Below the pieces are notes generated by a model, which saw nothing but the letters and a program-made list of their open reading frames with translations, ran no database searches and was not told the DNA's origin. The position numbers and the translations under genes were made by a program. DNA of 64,000 nucleotides from Candidatus Sericytochromatia bacterium (lineage in GTDB: Bacteria > Cyanobacteriota > Sericytochromatia > S15B-MN24 > JAQBPE01). The stretch spans positions 1 through 64,000 of the forward strand of contig JAYKHR010000004.1 in NCBI GenBank assembly GCA_035285125.1, in the 5' to 3' direction. Positions 26,654 through 36,701 of the stretch are shown piece by piece (positions within the stretch are counted from its first letter, which is position 1; the number at the start of each line of letters is the position of its first letter).

Positions 26654-29600
26654 CCTCCACCCGCGTGCCCCCGCCGTCGGGGCACGTCACCTCGATGGTG
26701 CCTCCGTGCTGTTCCACGAGGGCCGCCGTCCGCCAGAGCCCGAGGCCGCTGCCCGGCTGATCGGGATCCCGCCCTCCGTAACGTTGGAACGGCGCCGCAC
26801 GGCGCTCTGGCGGCAGGCCGGGACCCGAGTCCTGGATGGTCAGGCGCACGCCGCGCTCCGCCACGCCGAGCGTGAGGTGAATGCCGCCGGAGGTGGTGTA
26901 CTTGAGGGCGTTATCGAGCAGGTTCTGGACCACGAGGGCCAGCCGCCGGGCGTCCCCCCGCACGGGGGGGAGGGCGCGCCAGGCGTCGATAGGCGCCGTC
27001 AGCGACAGCCGCCTCGCCTCGGCGACGGGGGCCAGCTGCCGGAGGGCATCGGCCACGACGTCCTGCAGCCGGATGGTCGCAACGTGGAGGGACAGCCGCC
27101 CCGCCTCGAGGCTCGCCGCGTCAAGGATGCCGTCGATGCGCGTCATGAGGGCCCGCGTGTTGAGCAGCAGGCCCTCGACGGTCTCCGCCTGCAGGGGGGT
27201 CAGGGGCCCGTCGAGCTCCTTGTGAAGGCTCTGGGCCGCCACCAGGATCGAGGCCAGCGGGGCCTTGAGGTCGTGGCTCTCGGACTCGAACGCCGCCTGC
27301 CGGGCCCGGTCGTAGTCGCGCAGCGCGGTGATCGTCGTGTCCTTCTCCGCTAGCAGGCGCAGGTGCGCGGCCTGCTGCTCCATCTGAGACCGGAGGGCCT
27401 GCACCATGCGGGCCGTGTCGAGCGCGAACGCGGCCTGCGCGGCGATCGCCTCGAGCACCCGCACGTCGTCTGGCCCGAAGGCTCCCAGCGACAATTGGCT
27501 GTCGACATAGAGCACCCCATGCAGGGTGGAGCCCGCCAGCATGGGCACGCACACCACGCTGCGCAGCCGCAGTTCCTCGATGCTGCGCTTGAGGTTCAGG
27601 TCCTGGTCACTCAGGGTGTCGAGCACAGCCACAGATTTGCGCTCCCTGGCAGCCTGGGCCACCACGGTCCTGCTGTAGGCCTCCGCGGCGGCCTCCCCCC
27701 AGACGCGCCACCCCGTGCCCGTGGGCTCGGCGAGCAGCACCAGGCAGCGCTCGGCGCGCGTGAGCTCCTGGGTGAAGGCCGTGACACGCTGGAGCACCGC
27801 ATCGGGCTCCTGGGAGACGCCCAGTGCCTGGCCCAGGGAGACCAGCATCTCGAGCCTGCGCGTGCGCTGCAGCAGCACGTGTGTCTGCTCGAGGCCCTCC
27901 CCCTCGCACCAGGGCTTGCGCAGCGGGTGGGCCAGGAACTGCTGCCGGGCGGCCCCGGAGGGGAGGTCGCGGGTGCCGCTCCCGAGGAGCACGTGGCCCT
28001 GGCGCACCAGGCGTTCGGCACGCACCTCGTCTCCCGCCGCGTGGTGGTGAGCGGCCAGCGCGAGGTGGACCAACCCGAGGGGCACGGGGGCTCCGAGGCC
28101 CTCCGCGAGGCCCAGCGCCCGGTCCAGGTCCGCCAGCACGCTCACGCCCGGGCCAAGCTCCCGAGCCAGCAGGCAGAGCAAGGTGCCGAGCTCGATCTCG
28201 AGGCCCGCCAGCTCCTCCAAGCGAGCCAGGCGCCGTGCCTCCTCCCAGGCCTCGCGGGCGGCCTCGGGCTCCTGCGCCACGTAGGCCTGCACCCCCTCCA
28301 GCCTTGCCACCACGACGCGCAGGCCGTCGCCCCGTCCGACGGCCATCGCTTGCAGCCGCTCCAGGGCAGCCGTCCCGGCCTTCGTGTCCCTGGAGAGCAG
28401 GCAGGCCTCCACCAGCACGGCCTGGGCACGGAACTCCCACTCGCCGCCACCGGCGCGGGCCACCAGCTCCAGCGCCAGCTGGGCGGCCCGCCTGGCCTGG
28501 TCGAAGGCGCCCAGCCAGAGGTGGCGCCAGGCCTCGAACACCAGGCCAAACTGCCTCAGGTAGGGCACCCCCAGCCGCGCCTCCCGCTCCCGCGAGGTGG
28601 CGACGGCCGCCTGGGCCGCCTCGGTGTCACCCATCATCGTCCGCACCAGGCCGTCCGCCGCGCTGGCAAAGCCGCCCAGCAACGGGTAGTCGCTCTGGAG
28701 CGCGAGCCGCTCGGCCTCCTCGAGCCAGCTCGCGGCCCGGTGCCAGCGGCCCTGCTCAACGTCGCAGAGTGCCAGGTTGAGGCAGGCCAGACCCGCATCT
28801 TGGAGGTTCCCGACCTCCATCGAGAGCTCGCGGCAGGCGGCGAAGTGGGGCCTCGCCTCCCGCGGCCGCCCCAGCGTCAGCAGGGCGTTGCCGAGCAGGG
28901 ACTGGGTATCGATGCGGGAAAACGGCCGGCCGTCGCGAATCTGCAGCTGGAGGGCCTGCTCCAACGCCGCGAGGCCCTCCGCACAGGTGCCGGGGGCCTC
29001 GACGGCGAGGTTCCCAAGGAAGGCGAGCGCCTCGGCCTCGATGGCGACGTGGCCGGCCTGCCGCGCCTCATGCAGCGCCAGCCGGTAGGCGGCCTCGCTC
29101 GCGCCGCGCTCCCCGGCCATGAACTGGGCCCGGCCGATGGCCGCCCGGGCGCGGGCACACTCGGCGTAGGCCCCCGCCTCGGAGAGGACGCCAATGGCCT
29201 GGTCGTAGGCCGCCAGCGCCTCCGGCAGCCGCGACGACATCTGGTGGCACTTGCCAGTGCTGGTGAGCCACCGCCCACGCGTGGTGCGGTCGGGCGCATG
29301 CGGGGTGATCGCCTCGTAGAGCTCGATCGCCTCCCCGAGGCGACCGAGCACCCGCAGCGCGTCCGCCTCGATCCCCCGCAAGCCCACGGTGGCGAGGTTG
29401 CCCTCCCCACCGAGGCCGAGGCCGGCGGCCGCAGCCAGGCCGGCCCGGGCGTGGCCGAGGGCAACCTCGTAGGCCCACACGCGCGCCGCGGCCTCCGCCG
29501 CCAGCGACGACCAGCGCAGCGCCAGGCTGCGGTCGTCGCCCCGCACGGCCAGCCGGGCAATGCGGTGCGCCAGCGCCGGCGGTACGGGCACGAGCTGCGC

Positions 29601-31424
29601 GGCGGGCAGGGATGCCAGCGCACGCGCCAGCTCGGACGACAGGTGCGCGAGGCGAGCCGCAGGCTCCCTCTCGAGGATCCAGTCGACCCACCAACCCAGC
29701 GCGAGCCGCAGCCGGCCGGCCCCCTCCACCAGGAGGCGGCGGGCGACCAGGGCCTCCCGCTCGAGCGGCCAGTCAGGTGCCAGGTTGGCGGAGACCGCGC
29801 GCCACTCCTCCGTGGTGCAGGCCCCCCCCTGCAGGGCGATCACGGTCATGATCGTGCGCTGGCCCACGGTGAGGGCCCGCCACGTCGCACCCAGCACGGT
29901 GTCCACAGAGCCCGGGACGGCCGCCGTCGGGTCGTCGGCAGCCAGCATCTGGGGCAGCGCCTGGGCCATCCAGCCCGGGTTCCCTCCCGCCACCTGACAG
30001 AGCCTGGACGCCCACCCTTCCGGCGGCGCCTCGGGCAACACCGACGCCAGCCAGGTGGCCGTGCGCGCCGCATCGAACGCGGGGAGCGCGTAAGCCGTCA
30101 GGCCGCGCACCGGCGCCTGCGAGGCGACCAGCAGATGCCACTCGCGCAGCGAGCCCGCCAGCCCGTCGAGCAGGATGGTCCGGCTGACCTCGTCCACGTG
30201 CTCCCAGCCGTCGACGAGCACCATCGGGCGGTGCCCGGCCATCGCAGCGGCCAGCAGCTGGCGGAGGAGCTCGGGCAGCACCCGGGCGAGCCGGGCAGGC
30301 TCGTCGAGGGGCACCGCCTCCGGAAAGCTCCAGGGCCACAGGGAGGCCATCAGGCGCATCAGGGGCCTCGGCACCGCCGCTGCCGCCTCGGGCGCCCGCG
30401 CCACGGCCCAGCGCCAGAGTTGCTCCAGCAGGGTGTAGGGGCCCGAGCCGGGCTCCCCCGTCAGGAGCAGGGCGGGGCGTCCCTGCCGCCGCAGGAGGGC
30501 GTAGGCCTCGTGGATGCAGCGGGTGCGGCCCGAGCCCGCCTCGCCGACCCAGGCGAAGCCGCCGGCCACGCCCAGCTGGCTACACCAGGCGCCCCAGTCC
30601 GGCGGGGGCACGAAGGTGCCCTCGGCCAGAATCGGGGCCTCCCGGCCCGCCACGAGCTCCAGGGCCCGCCCGACCTCCCGGGCGGAGGCGGGCCTGTCGG
30701 CCGGCGCCTTGCCGAGGAGCCGCATCACGAGGGTCGCCAGCGGCGGGGGCACCACCTCGGGGAGGGGCCGGGGGGCCTCAGCGCAAACGGCTGCGACCAG
30801 GGCCGTCGGGTCGTCGCCCCCGAAGGGCGGCTGGCCCGCCAGCAGCGCATACATCACGGCCCCGAGTGCGTACAGGTCGCCCCGGGCGTCCACGGGCTCC
30901 CCCCGCAGCGCCTCGGGCGCCATCCAGCGCGGGTCACCCGGGCAGCCCACCGCCGGGGCCTGGGCCACCAGGCCGAAGTCCAGCAGGCGCGCCTGGCCCC
31001 CCGGCTCGAGCAGCACGTTCGACGGCGAGAGGTCCCGGTACACCAGGCCCTCGGCGTGGAGCGCCGCCAGGGCTGCGGCAAGCTGCCGCGCCCAGCGGGC
31101 CACGAGGGCGGGAGGCTGGGGCCCCGCCTTGGCCGCGAGGGTCGCCCCGGGGTGGTGCGCGAGCACGAGGTACGGGGTGCCCGTCGCGGTGACACCGTGG
31201 TCCAACGCCTCCCGCAAGTTGGGGTGGCGCACACGCGTCGCGTGGTTGAACTCCTGCCTGAACTGGGCCTCGACGAGGGGCTCGGAGCGCAGGGCAACCT
31301 TCAGCACGACCCGGCGCGTCGTCGCGGGGTCGATCGCCTCGTAGACCCGGGAGGACTCCCCCTGGCCGAGCAGGGCGATGATCTGGAACGGGCCGATGAA
31401 CGACTGAGGCTGCGCGGAAGTCAC
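26634..31424 (-). CDS. Hybrid Ser/Thr kinase-AAA-TPR-GAF-histidine kinase
   Basis: Kinase motifs VLK, YRDLSPSN, DFG, WMAPE; GEAGSGRT P-loop; TPR-like helices; GAF (RSVVCVPM...GVLYVDS); H-box SHDLKAPL; NLLDNALKYT, DSGPG, GSGLGL; AGGAG RBS before GTG 31424. Confidence 0.9.
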   Translation of the reverse strand: MTSAQPQSFIGPFQIIALLGQGESSRVYEAIDPATTRRVVLKVALRSEPLVEAQFRQEFNHATRVRHPNLREALDHGVTATGTPYLVLAHHPGATLAAKAGPQPPALVARWARQLAAALAALHAEGLVYRDLSPSNVLLEPGGQARLLDFGLVAQAPAVGCPGDPRWMAPEALRGEPVDARGDLYALGAVMYALLAGQPPFGGDDPTALVAAVCAEAPRPLPEVVPPPLATLVMRLLGKAPADRPASAREVGRALELVAGREAPILAEGTFVPPPDWGAWCSQLGVAGGFAWVGEAGSGRTRCIHEAYALLRRQGRPALLLTGEPGSGPYTLLEQLWRWAVARAPEAAAAVPRPLMRLMASLWPWSFPEAVPLDEPARLARVLPELLRQLLAAAMAGHRPMVLVDGWEHVDEVSRTILLDGLAGSLREWHLLVASQAPVRGLTAYALPAFDAARTATWLASVLPEAPPEGWASRLCQVAGGNPGWMAQALPQMLAADDPTAAVPGSVDTVLGATWRALTVGQRTIMTVIALQGGACTTEEWRAVSANLAPDWPLEREALVARRLLVEGAGRLRLALGWWVDWILEREPAARLAHLSSELARALASLPAAQLVPVPPALAHRIARLAVRGDDRSLALRWSSLAAEAAARVWAYEVALGHARAGLAAAAGLGLGGEGNLATVGLRGIEADALRVLGRLGEAIELYEAITPHAPDRTTRGRWLTSTGKCHQMSSRLPEALAAYDQAIGVLSEAGAYAECARARAAIGRAQFMAGERGASEAAYRLALHEARQAGHVAIEAEALAFLGNLAVEAPGTCAEGLAALEQALQLQIRDGRPFSRIDTQSLLGNALLTLGRPREARPHFAACRELSMEVGNLQDAGLACLNLALCDVEQGRWHRAASWLEEAERLALQSDYPLLGGFASAADGLVRTMMGDTEAAQAAVATSREREARLGVPYLRQFGLVFEAWRHLWLGAFDQARRAAQLALELVARAGGGEWEFRAQAVLVEACLLSRDTKAGTAALERLQAMAVGRGDGLRVVVARLEGVQAYVAQEPEAAREAWEEARRLARLEELAGLEIELGTLLCLLARELGPGVSVLADLDRALGLAEGLGAPVPLGLVHLALAAHHHAAGDEVRAERLVRQGHVLLGSGTRDLPSGAARQQFLAHPLRKPWCEGEGLEQTHVLLQRTRRLEMLVSLGQALGVSQEPDAVLQRVTAFTQELTRAERCLVLLAEPTGTGWRVWGEAAAEAYSRTVVAQAARERKSVAVLDTLSDQDLNLKRSIEELRLRSVVCVPMLAGSTLHGVLYVDSQLSLGAFGPDDVRVLEAIAAQAAFALDTARMVQALRSQMEQQAAHLRLLAEKDTTITALRDYDRARQAAFESESHDLKAPLASILVAAQSLHKELDGPLTPLQAETVEGLLLNTRALMTRIDGILDAASLEAGRLSLHVATIRLQDVVADALRQLAPVAEARRLSLTAPIDAWRALPPVRGDARRLALVVQNLLDNALKYTTSGGIHLTLGVAERGVRLTIQDSGPGLPPERRAAPFQRYGGRDPDQPGSGLGLWRTAALVEQHGGTIEVTCPDGGGTRVEVTLPRA

Positions 31425-31592
31425 CAGAACTCCTGCCGGATGAGGGCGTCGCGCCGATCGTATACCCACCGGCAGCCCGTCACGGAGTTAACGTGAAAAC
31501 TGTCAGGAGTTATTCATTCCTTAAGAAGCTTCGCGCAGGAGCCGGCGACAACCCCAGGGACCCCTCTTCCCCAGGCTCTCGGAGGCTCCCCG

Positions 31593-32348
31593 ATGCTGCG
31601 TCGACGCGCCGCTGCGCTGGCTTGTGCGGTCCTGTCACTCTGCGTGGCGAGCTGTGGCACCTTGCCGACCGCGGCGCGCAAGGCCCGCCCCGCGCCCGTG
31701 CGCCCGGTCACCGGCCTGGCGCCGCAGGGCCCCGTCGCGCCGCCTGTGATGGGGGCCAGGCAGGTTCCCGAGGTGCAACAGCTGCTGGAGGGCCTTCGTC
31801 GCGTGCAGGCTCAGGTGCCGGGCTTCAGCGCCACGATCGAGACCTTCGACAAGGGGGCCGCGGGGCAGGAGACCAACACGATGCGCGTGACCTTCCGCAA
31901 GCCCGCGACGCTGAAGATCGAGATGCTCAAGGCGCAGGGGCAGGCCCAGGGCGCCACGATCGTCTGGACAGGTGGGGATACCCTGAGGATCAAGCCGACC
32001 TTCCTGCCAATGGCAGTGGAGAAAGGCATCCACGAGGCCCAGACGAAGTCCAAGAACGGGTGGACCATCAAGGACACCGAGGTCAACGCCATCTTCAGGG
32101 TGCTGCTGGACCCGGCAGCCCAGATCCGCCCCCTGGGGCCGCAGCCCGTCGGCGGGCGCCCGCTGCCGGTGTACGAGGTGCGCTCGGCACAGAGCCCGCG
32201 GGGCGCAAGCCACGAGGCGATCGCCATCGACCCGCAGACGGGCCTGCCTGCCGCCAGGATGGTCTTCCGCGGCCAGGATCTCATCTACCGTGCCACGATC
32301 AAGTCGATGGCCGTGCGACAGGTCGGGGCCTCGGAGGTCGAAATCTGA
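31593..32348 (+). CDS. LolA-like outer-membrane lipoprotein sorting family lipoprotein
   Basis: Lipobox VASC; FRKPATLKIE, GATIVWTGG, IDPQTGLP pattern typical of LolA-fold proteins. Confidence 0.62.
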   Translation: MLRRRAAALACAVLSLCVASCGTLPTAARKARPAPVRPVTGLAPQGPVAPPVMGARQVPEVQQLLEGLRRVQAQVPGFSATIETFDKGAAGQETNTMRVTFRKPATLKIEMLKAQGQAQGATIVWTGGDTLRIKPTFLPMAVEKGIHEAQTKSKNGWTIKDTEVNAIFRVLLDPAAQIRPLGPQPVGGRPLPVYEVRSAQSPRGASHEAIAIDPQTGLPAARMVFRGQDLIYRATIKSMAVRQVGASEVEI

Positions 32349-32499
32349 CACCGCGCGGGCGGCCCGGGCCCGCCCGCCCCGGGGGCCGCGCAGGCCCCGG
32401 TGTCCGCATCACATCGCGGGCCTCCCCTGCCCGGCTAGCATGGGCCTCGCCTCGCCGCTCGGCGGGGAGCCCGCCCATGGCCCGGATATGCGCACCCGA

Positions 32500-34395
32500 A
32501 TGTCCTTCATCCCGCTTCCTCGATCCTCGTCCCTCGCCCGCCGCGGGCTGAACTCGGTGCTCGCGCTGGCTTGCGCCCTCACGGTGGTGGCGCCGGCCGC
32601 CGGCGCGACCACCGGGTCGCGGGCGCGTGACCTCAAGCAAAAGGCCGGTGTGGCCCGCACCGCTGAGGCCCCCAAGGCGACGCCCGAGGCAGGCGGCGCC
32701 CGGGCTCGCCACGCGGCGCACGCCCGGCGCAGCACGCCCCACGGAGAGGCCGCCGCAGCAGGCGCCACCGCCACCCGCCGGGCCGCCCCCAAGGCCGACG
32801 CAGCAGGCGCCACCACCACCCGCCAGGCCGCCCCCAGGGCCGCCGCAGCCAGCGCCACCACCCGTCAGGCCGCCCCCAAGGCCGCCGCAGCAGGCACCAC
32901 CGCCGCCCGCCAGGCCACGCCCAAGGCCACCGCAGCCAGCGCCACCAGCCGCCAGGCCACGCCCAAGGCCACCGCAGCCCGCAAGCTCGCCCCCCGGCTC
33001 GTGGCAGGCGCCGCCGGGCTCGCGGCCGCGACCGCAGGGGGCCGGGGCCCGGCCAGGCCCGGTGTGCCCGCCCCGGAGCCGCTCGTGATCGAGGACCTCG
33101 CCTGGCGGCGGTTCGGCCTCGTGCTCCAGACGTCCGCCGGCTTCAAGCCGCTGGTCTCGGTGCTGGAACATCCCCACCGCTTCGTGATTGACATGCCGGC
33201 AGCCGAGTTTGCCGACCCGGCGCTCAAGCGCACGATCCAGGTCGATCAGGCGGGGATCCGGCAGGTGCGGATGTCCAAGCAAGGGGCCGGCGTGCGCATC
33301 GTGCTCGACTGCGAGGCGGCGCCTAGCTTCCAGGTGATGCAGCTGCGCGACCGCTCGATGCTGGTCGTGGCCCGCGCCGGTCAGGAGGACCCGGGCCTCA
33401 AGGCGCTCGTCGAGAGGTTCTCCGACGAGGGTGAGGCGGCCGACCCGGCAGAGGGGCAGCAACTGGCGGGCGTGTGGGCGAAGGAGGCGGGCGATCGCCT
33501 GACGCTCCACGTCGGCCTCAGCGGGACCACCGCCCTGCGCTACCAGCTCTTCCAGGCCCAGCCCCACCAGCTGCGCCTGCGCGTGCCTGGCGGCGCCTAC
33601 ACCGGCAGCCTGCCTGCGACGGGGCGCCTGCTGCGGCGCGTGGAGGCGGCCCGCAAGGGCAGCACCTGGAACCTGGAGGTGACCCTCGCCGAGGGTCACT
33701 ACGAGGTGTCCGAGACCCGGGATGATGCAGGCGGCATCACGCTCGTCTGGGAGCGCGTGGACCCCCGGGCCCGCGACGGGATGCCGCTGGTCGTGATCGA
33801 CCCCGGCCACGGCGGGGCCGATCCCGGCGCCGTGGGCCCCTCGGGACGCACGGAGAAGGCCGCCTGCCTCGGCCTGGCCCGTGGGCTGCGCGACACGCTG
33901 CGCCGTCGCGGCTACAACGCCATCCTCACGCGGGGGGTGGACGCCGAGGTCTACCTCGCGCCGCGCCTGGCGATGATCGAGCGCTGGCAGGCCGACATGT
34001 TCGTCAGCCTCCACGCCAACAGCCACGCGAGCCACGAGGCCAACGGGCTGGAGACCTTCTGGCGGGAGCCCGGCTCTCAGGCCTTCGCCGAGACGGTACA
34101 CCGCACGGTGGCGACGCTGCTGCGGCGCCCCGACCGCGGCACCAAGCAGGACCGCCTGTACGTGCTGCGGCACGCCACCGTGCCCTCCCTCCTGCTCGAG
34201 ACGGGCTTCATCTCCAACCCCGGCGAGGAACGCTGGCTCGACGACCCCGCGCACCAGGGGCAGGCGGCCTTCGCCATCGCAGCGGGAATCGAGAACTTCC
34301 GGGCGGCCCCGCTCGTCCACCGGCCCCTCGCAGCACCGGGCAAGCGCCTCGGCGAGGCCCTCATCGCCGCCATGAGGGACTGCCATGCGCCCTGA
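32500..34395 (+). CDS. N-acetylmuramoyl-L-alanine amidase (Amidase_3) with AMIN domain(s) and repetitive N-terminus
   Basis: LEHPHRFVIDMP AMIN motif; VIDPGHGGADPGA, FVSLHAN, LLETGFISN; signal peptide; start uncertain. Confidence 0.9.
   Translation: MSFIPLPRSSSLARRGLNSVLALACALTVVAPAAGATTGSRARDLKQKAGVARTAEAPKATPEAGGARARHAAHARRSTPHGEAAAAGATATRRAAPKADAAGATTTRQAAPRAAAASATTRQAAPKAAAAGTTAARQATPKATAASATSRQATPKATAARKLAPRLVAGAAGLAAATAGGRGPARPGVPAPEPLVIEDLAWRRFGLVLQTSAGFKPLVSVLEHPHRFVIDMPAAEFADPALKRTIQVDQAGIRQVRMSKQGAGVRIVLDCEAAPSFQVMQLRDRSMLVVARAGQEDPGLKALVERFSDEGEAADPAEGQQLAGVWAKEAGDRLTLHVGLSGTTALRYQLFQAQPHQLRLRVPGGAYTGSLPATGRLLRRVEAARKGSTWNLEVTLAEGHYEVSETRDDAGGITLVWERVDPRARDGMPLVVIDPGHGGADPGAVGPSGRTEKAACLGLARGLRDTLRRRGYNAILTRGVDAEVYLAPRLAMIERWQADMFVSLHANSHASHEANGLETFWREPGSQAFAETVHRTVATLLRRPDRGTKQDRLYVLRHATVPSLLLETGFISNPGEERWLDDPAHQGQAAFAIAAGIENFRAAPLVHRPLAAPGKRLGEALIAAMRDCHAP
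32749..32979 (+). repeat. Coding tandem repeat, five 42-45 bp units plus a partial unit
   Basis: AAAAGATATRRAAPK / ADAAGATTTRQAAPR / AAAASATTRQAAPK / AAAAGTTAARQATPK / ATAASATSRQATPK. Confidence 0.85.
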
Positions 34396-34503
34396 GGGCG
34401 AGCCAGGCGCCGCCACACGGGGTATCATCACCTGGGTTATGTCAGCCAGCTGTGGTGACGCTGGCTCCCGCACGCACGCGGGCGCCCCCTCCGAGGAGAT
34501 CCG

Positions 34504-36687
34504 ATGGAACTGAAGCAGTACTGGCAGATCCTGTGGAAGCGTCGCTGGTGGGTGCTGCTGGCCTTCTTGCTGGTGGTCGTGACCACCGGCGCGATCACCT
34601 TCACGACGGCGCCCGTCTACCAGGCCTCGACCAAGCTGCTGATCGAGCAGCGTGACCGCACGCTGTCGGCCCTCGGCTCCGAGATGGCCAACATGACCGA
34701 GCTGTCCAGCCTGTCACGCACGGGCAGCCCGCTGGACACCCAGGCCGAGCTCCTCCGCAGCGTGCCCGTGATCGCCCGCGTGATCAAGCGCGTGAACCTC
34801 ACGGACGCCGAGACGGGCAACCTCATTGCCACCGAGGACTTCCTCGGCGCCGCGCGCGTCACCCAGATCAAGGGCACGGACATCCTCCAGATCTCCTACG
34901 TCCACACCGACCCGATCGTCGCCACCCAGGTGAGCGACGTGTGGGCCCAGGTGTTCCTGGAGCAGAACCGGCAGGCCAACCGCACGGAGGCCTCCAGCGC
35001 CGCGCGCTTCATCCAGGGCCAGCTCCAGAAGACCAAGCGGGAGCTCGCCGAAGCCGAGCAGGCCCTGCGAGACTACAAGGCCGCCCACGGCGCCGTCGAC
35101 CTGACGGAGGAGGCCCGCACCTCCGTCCAGACGATGGCCAACATGGAGGCCGAGCTGCGCCAGGCGACGGCCGCGAAGAATGAGGCCGCAAGCCGGGTCG
35201 CGGCCATGCGCTCCAAGCTCGGGATGTCGGCGCAGGAGGCCATGACCTCCTCGGCCATCAGCCAGGACCAGACCATCCAGAAGCTCCGCGGGCAGCTGCT
35301 GGAGCTCGAGACCAGCCCCGTGCTGTCGAACGCCTCGCTGACGCCGAACCACCCCGAGGTCAAGGCCATCCAGGCGCAGATCAGCGTGATCCGGCGGGCC
35401 CTCGCGCAGGAAGCCGCCGAGGTCGTGGGCCGGCGATACGGCTCCGACAGCGTCCGCTCGAACATGGATCCCATCCGCCAGGGCCTCACGAAGGAGCTCG
35501 TGGCGGCGGAGATCGACGCCCTCGGCTTCCAGACCCGCGTCGACTCCCTGTCCCGCGTCGTGGGGGGCTTCAACGGCCGCCTGGCCTCATTGCCGAACAA
35601 GGAGCTCAACCTCACGCGGCTGATGCGCAACGCCTCGGTGACGGCCGAGCTCTACAAGATGCTGCTCCAGAAGCACGAGGAGGCGCGCATCCAGGAGGCG
35701 ATGAACGTGGGCAACGTGCGGATCGTCGAGGAAGCCGTGCTGCCCGAGCGCCCCATCCGGCCCAAGAAGGCCCAGAACATGATGCTGGCCGTCCTCGTGG
35801 GCCTGCTCGGCGGCATTGGCCTGGCCATGTTCCTCGAGTACCTCGACGACTCGATCCAGACGGTGGACGACGCCGAGGACGCGGTGCAGCTGACGACGCT
35901 GGGCATCATCCCCTGGGTTCGCGACAACGAGGCCGCCCGGCTCATCGCGCTGTCGGACCCGCGGTCACCCGCCTCGGAGTCCTACAGGACGCTGCGCACC
36001 AACATCAAGTTCCTCTCCGCGGACAAGCCGCTGCGGACGCTCACCGTGACCTCCGCGGGCCCCGAGGAGGGCAAGTCCACGACCATCGCCAACATGGGCG
36101 TCTCGTTCGCCCAGTCCGGCAAGCGCACGCTCATCGTCGACACGGACATGCGCAAGCCCACCGTCCACACCATCTTCAAGCTGTCGAACCGGGAGGGCGT
36201 CTCGTCGGTGCTGACGGGCGAACGGACGCTCGAAGAGTGCATCCGGGCGACCGACCAGCCGGGGCTGTTCGTGCTGACGTGTGGCCCCACGCCGCCGAAC
36301 CCGGCCGAACTGCTGGAGTCTCAGCGGATGCTGAACCTCATCGAGGACCTCAAGGCCCAGTTCGATCTGGTGCTCTTCGACGCCCCGCCGATCATCGCCG
36401 TGACGGACGCCAGCGTGCTCGGCGCGCGCCTCGACGGCCTGCTGCTCCTGATGGGCATCAACAAGGTGACGCGCAAGGCGTCCCGCCACGCGCTGTCGCT
36501 GCTGTCTCGCGCCAACGTCAAGGTGTGGGGGATGGTCGTCCGCGGCGTCAGGCCTGACAACGACGGCTACTACTACAGCTACTACCACAAGTACTACGGC
36601 AAGGTGGACAACCGCCACGACAAGACCCTGCCGACGCCCGCGCCAGCCCCGGCGGCGCGAGGCGGCGGCGAGCCGTCGGACGCCTGA
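34504..36687 (+). CDS. wzc: Polysaccharide co-polymerase/tyrosine autokinase (Wzc/GumC family)
   Basis: Wzz-type N-terminal TM, coiled coil, second TM, ESYRTLRTNI, SAGPEEGKST, DTDMRKP, FDAPP and C-terminal YYYSYYHKYY cluster. Confidence 0.95.
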   Translation: MELKQYWQILWKRRWWVLLAFLLVVVTTGAITFTTAPVYQASTKLLIEQRDRTLSALGSEMANMTELSSLSRTGSPLDTQAELLRSVPVIARVIKRVNLTDAETGNLIATEDFLGAARVTQIKGTDILQISYVHTDPIVATQVSDVWAQVFLEQNRQANRTEASSAARFIQGQLQKTKRELAEAEQALRDYKAAHGAVDLTEEARTSVQTMANMEAELRQATAAKNEAASRVAAMRSKLGMSAQEAMTSSAISQDQTIQKLRGQLLELETSPVLSNASLTPNHPEVKAIQAQISVIRRALAQEAAEVVGRRYGSDSVRSNMDPIRQGLTKELVAAEIDALGFQTRVDSLSRVVGGFNGRLASLPNKELNLTRLMRNASVTAELYKMLLQKHEEARIQEAMNVGNVRIVEEAVLPERPIRPKKAQNMMLAVLVGLLGGIGLAMFLEYLDDSIQTVDDAEDAVQLTTLGIIPWVRDNEAARLIALSDPRSPASESYRTLRTNIKFLSADKPLRTLTVTSAGPEEGKSTTIANMGVSFAQSGKRTLIVDTDMRKPTVHTIFKLSNREGVSSVLTGERTLEECIRATDQPGLFVLTCGPTPPNPAELLESQRMLNLIEDLKAQFDLVLFDAPPIIAVTDASVLGARLDGLLLLMGINKVTRKASRHALSLLSRANVKVWGMVVRGVRPDNDGYYYSYYHKYYGKVDNRHDKTLPTPAPAPAARGGGEPSDA

Positions 36688-36701
36688 GGCGCGGAGGTCC
36701 C

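Noticed and set aside
27363..31496. 1377-aa + strand ORF, and similar long antisense ORFs at 1892-4729, 20296-22452, 32299-34473 and 38044-42204
   Set aside because: Antisense shadows of well-supported genes; Arg/Gly/Ala-rich, no recognisable motifs, expected at this GC content.
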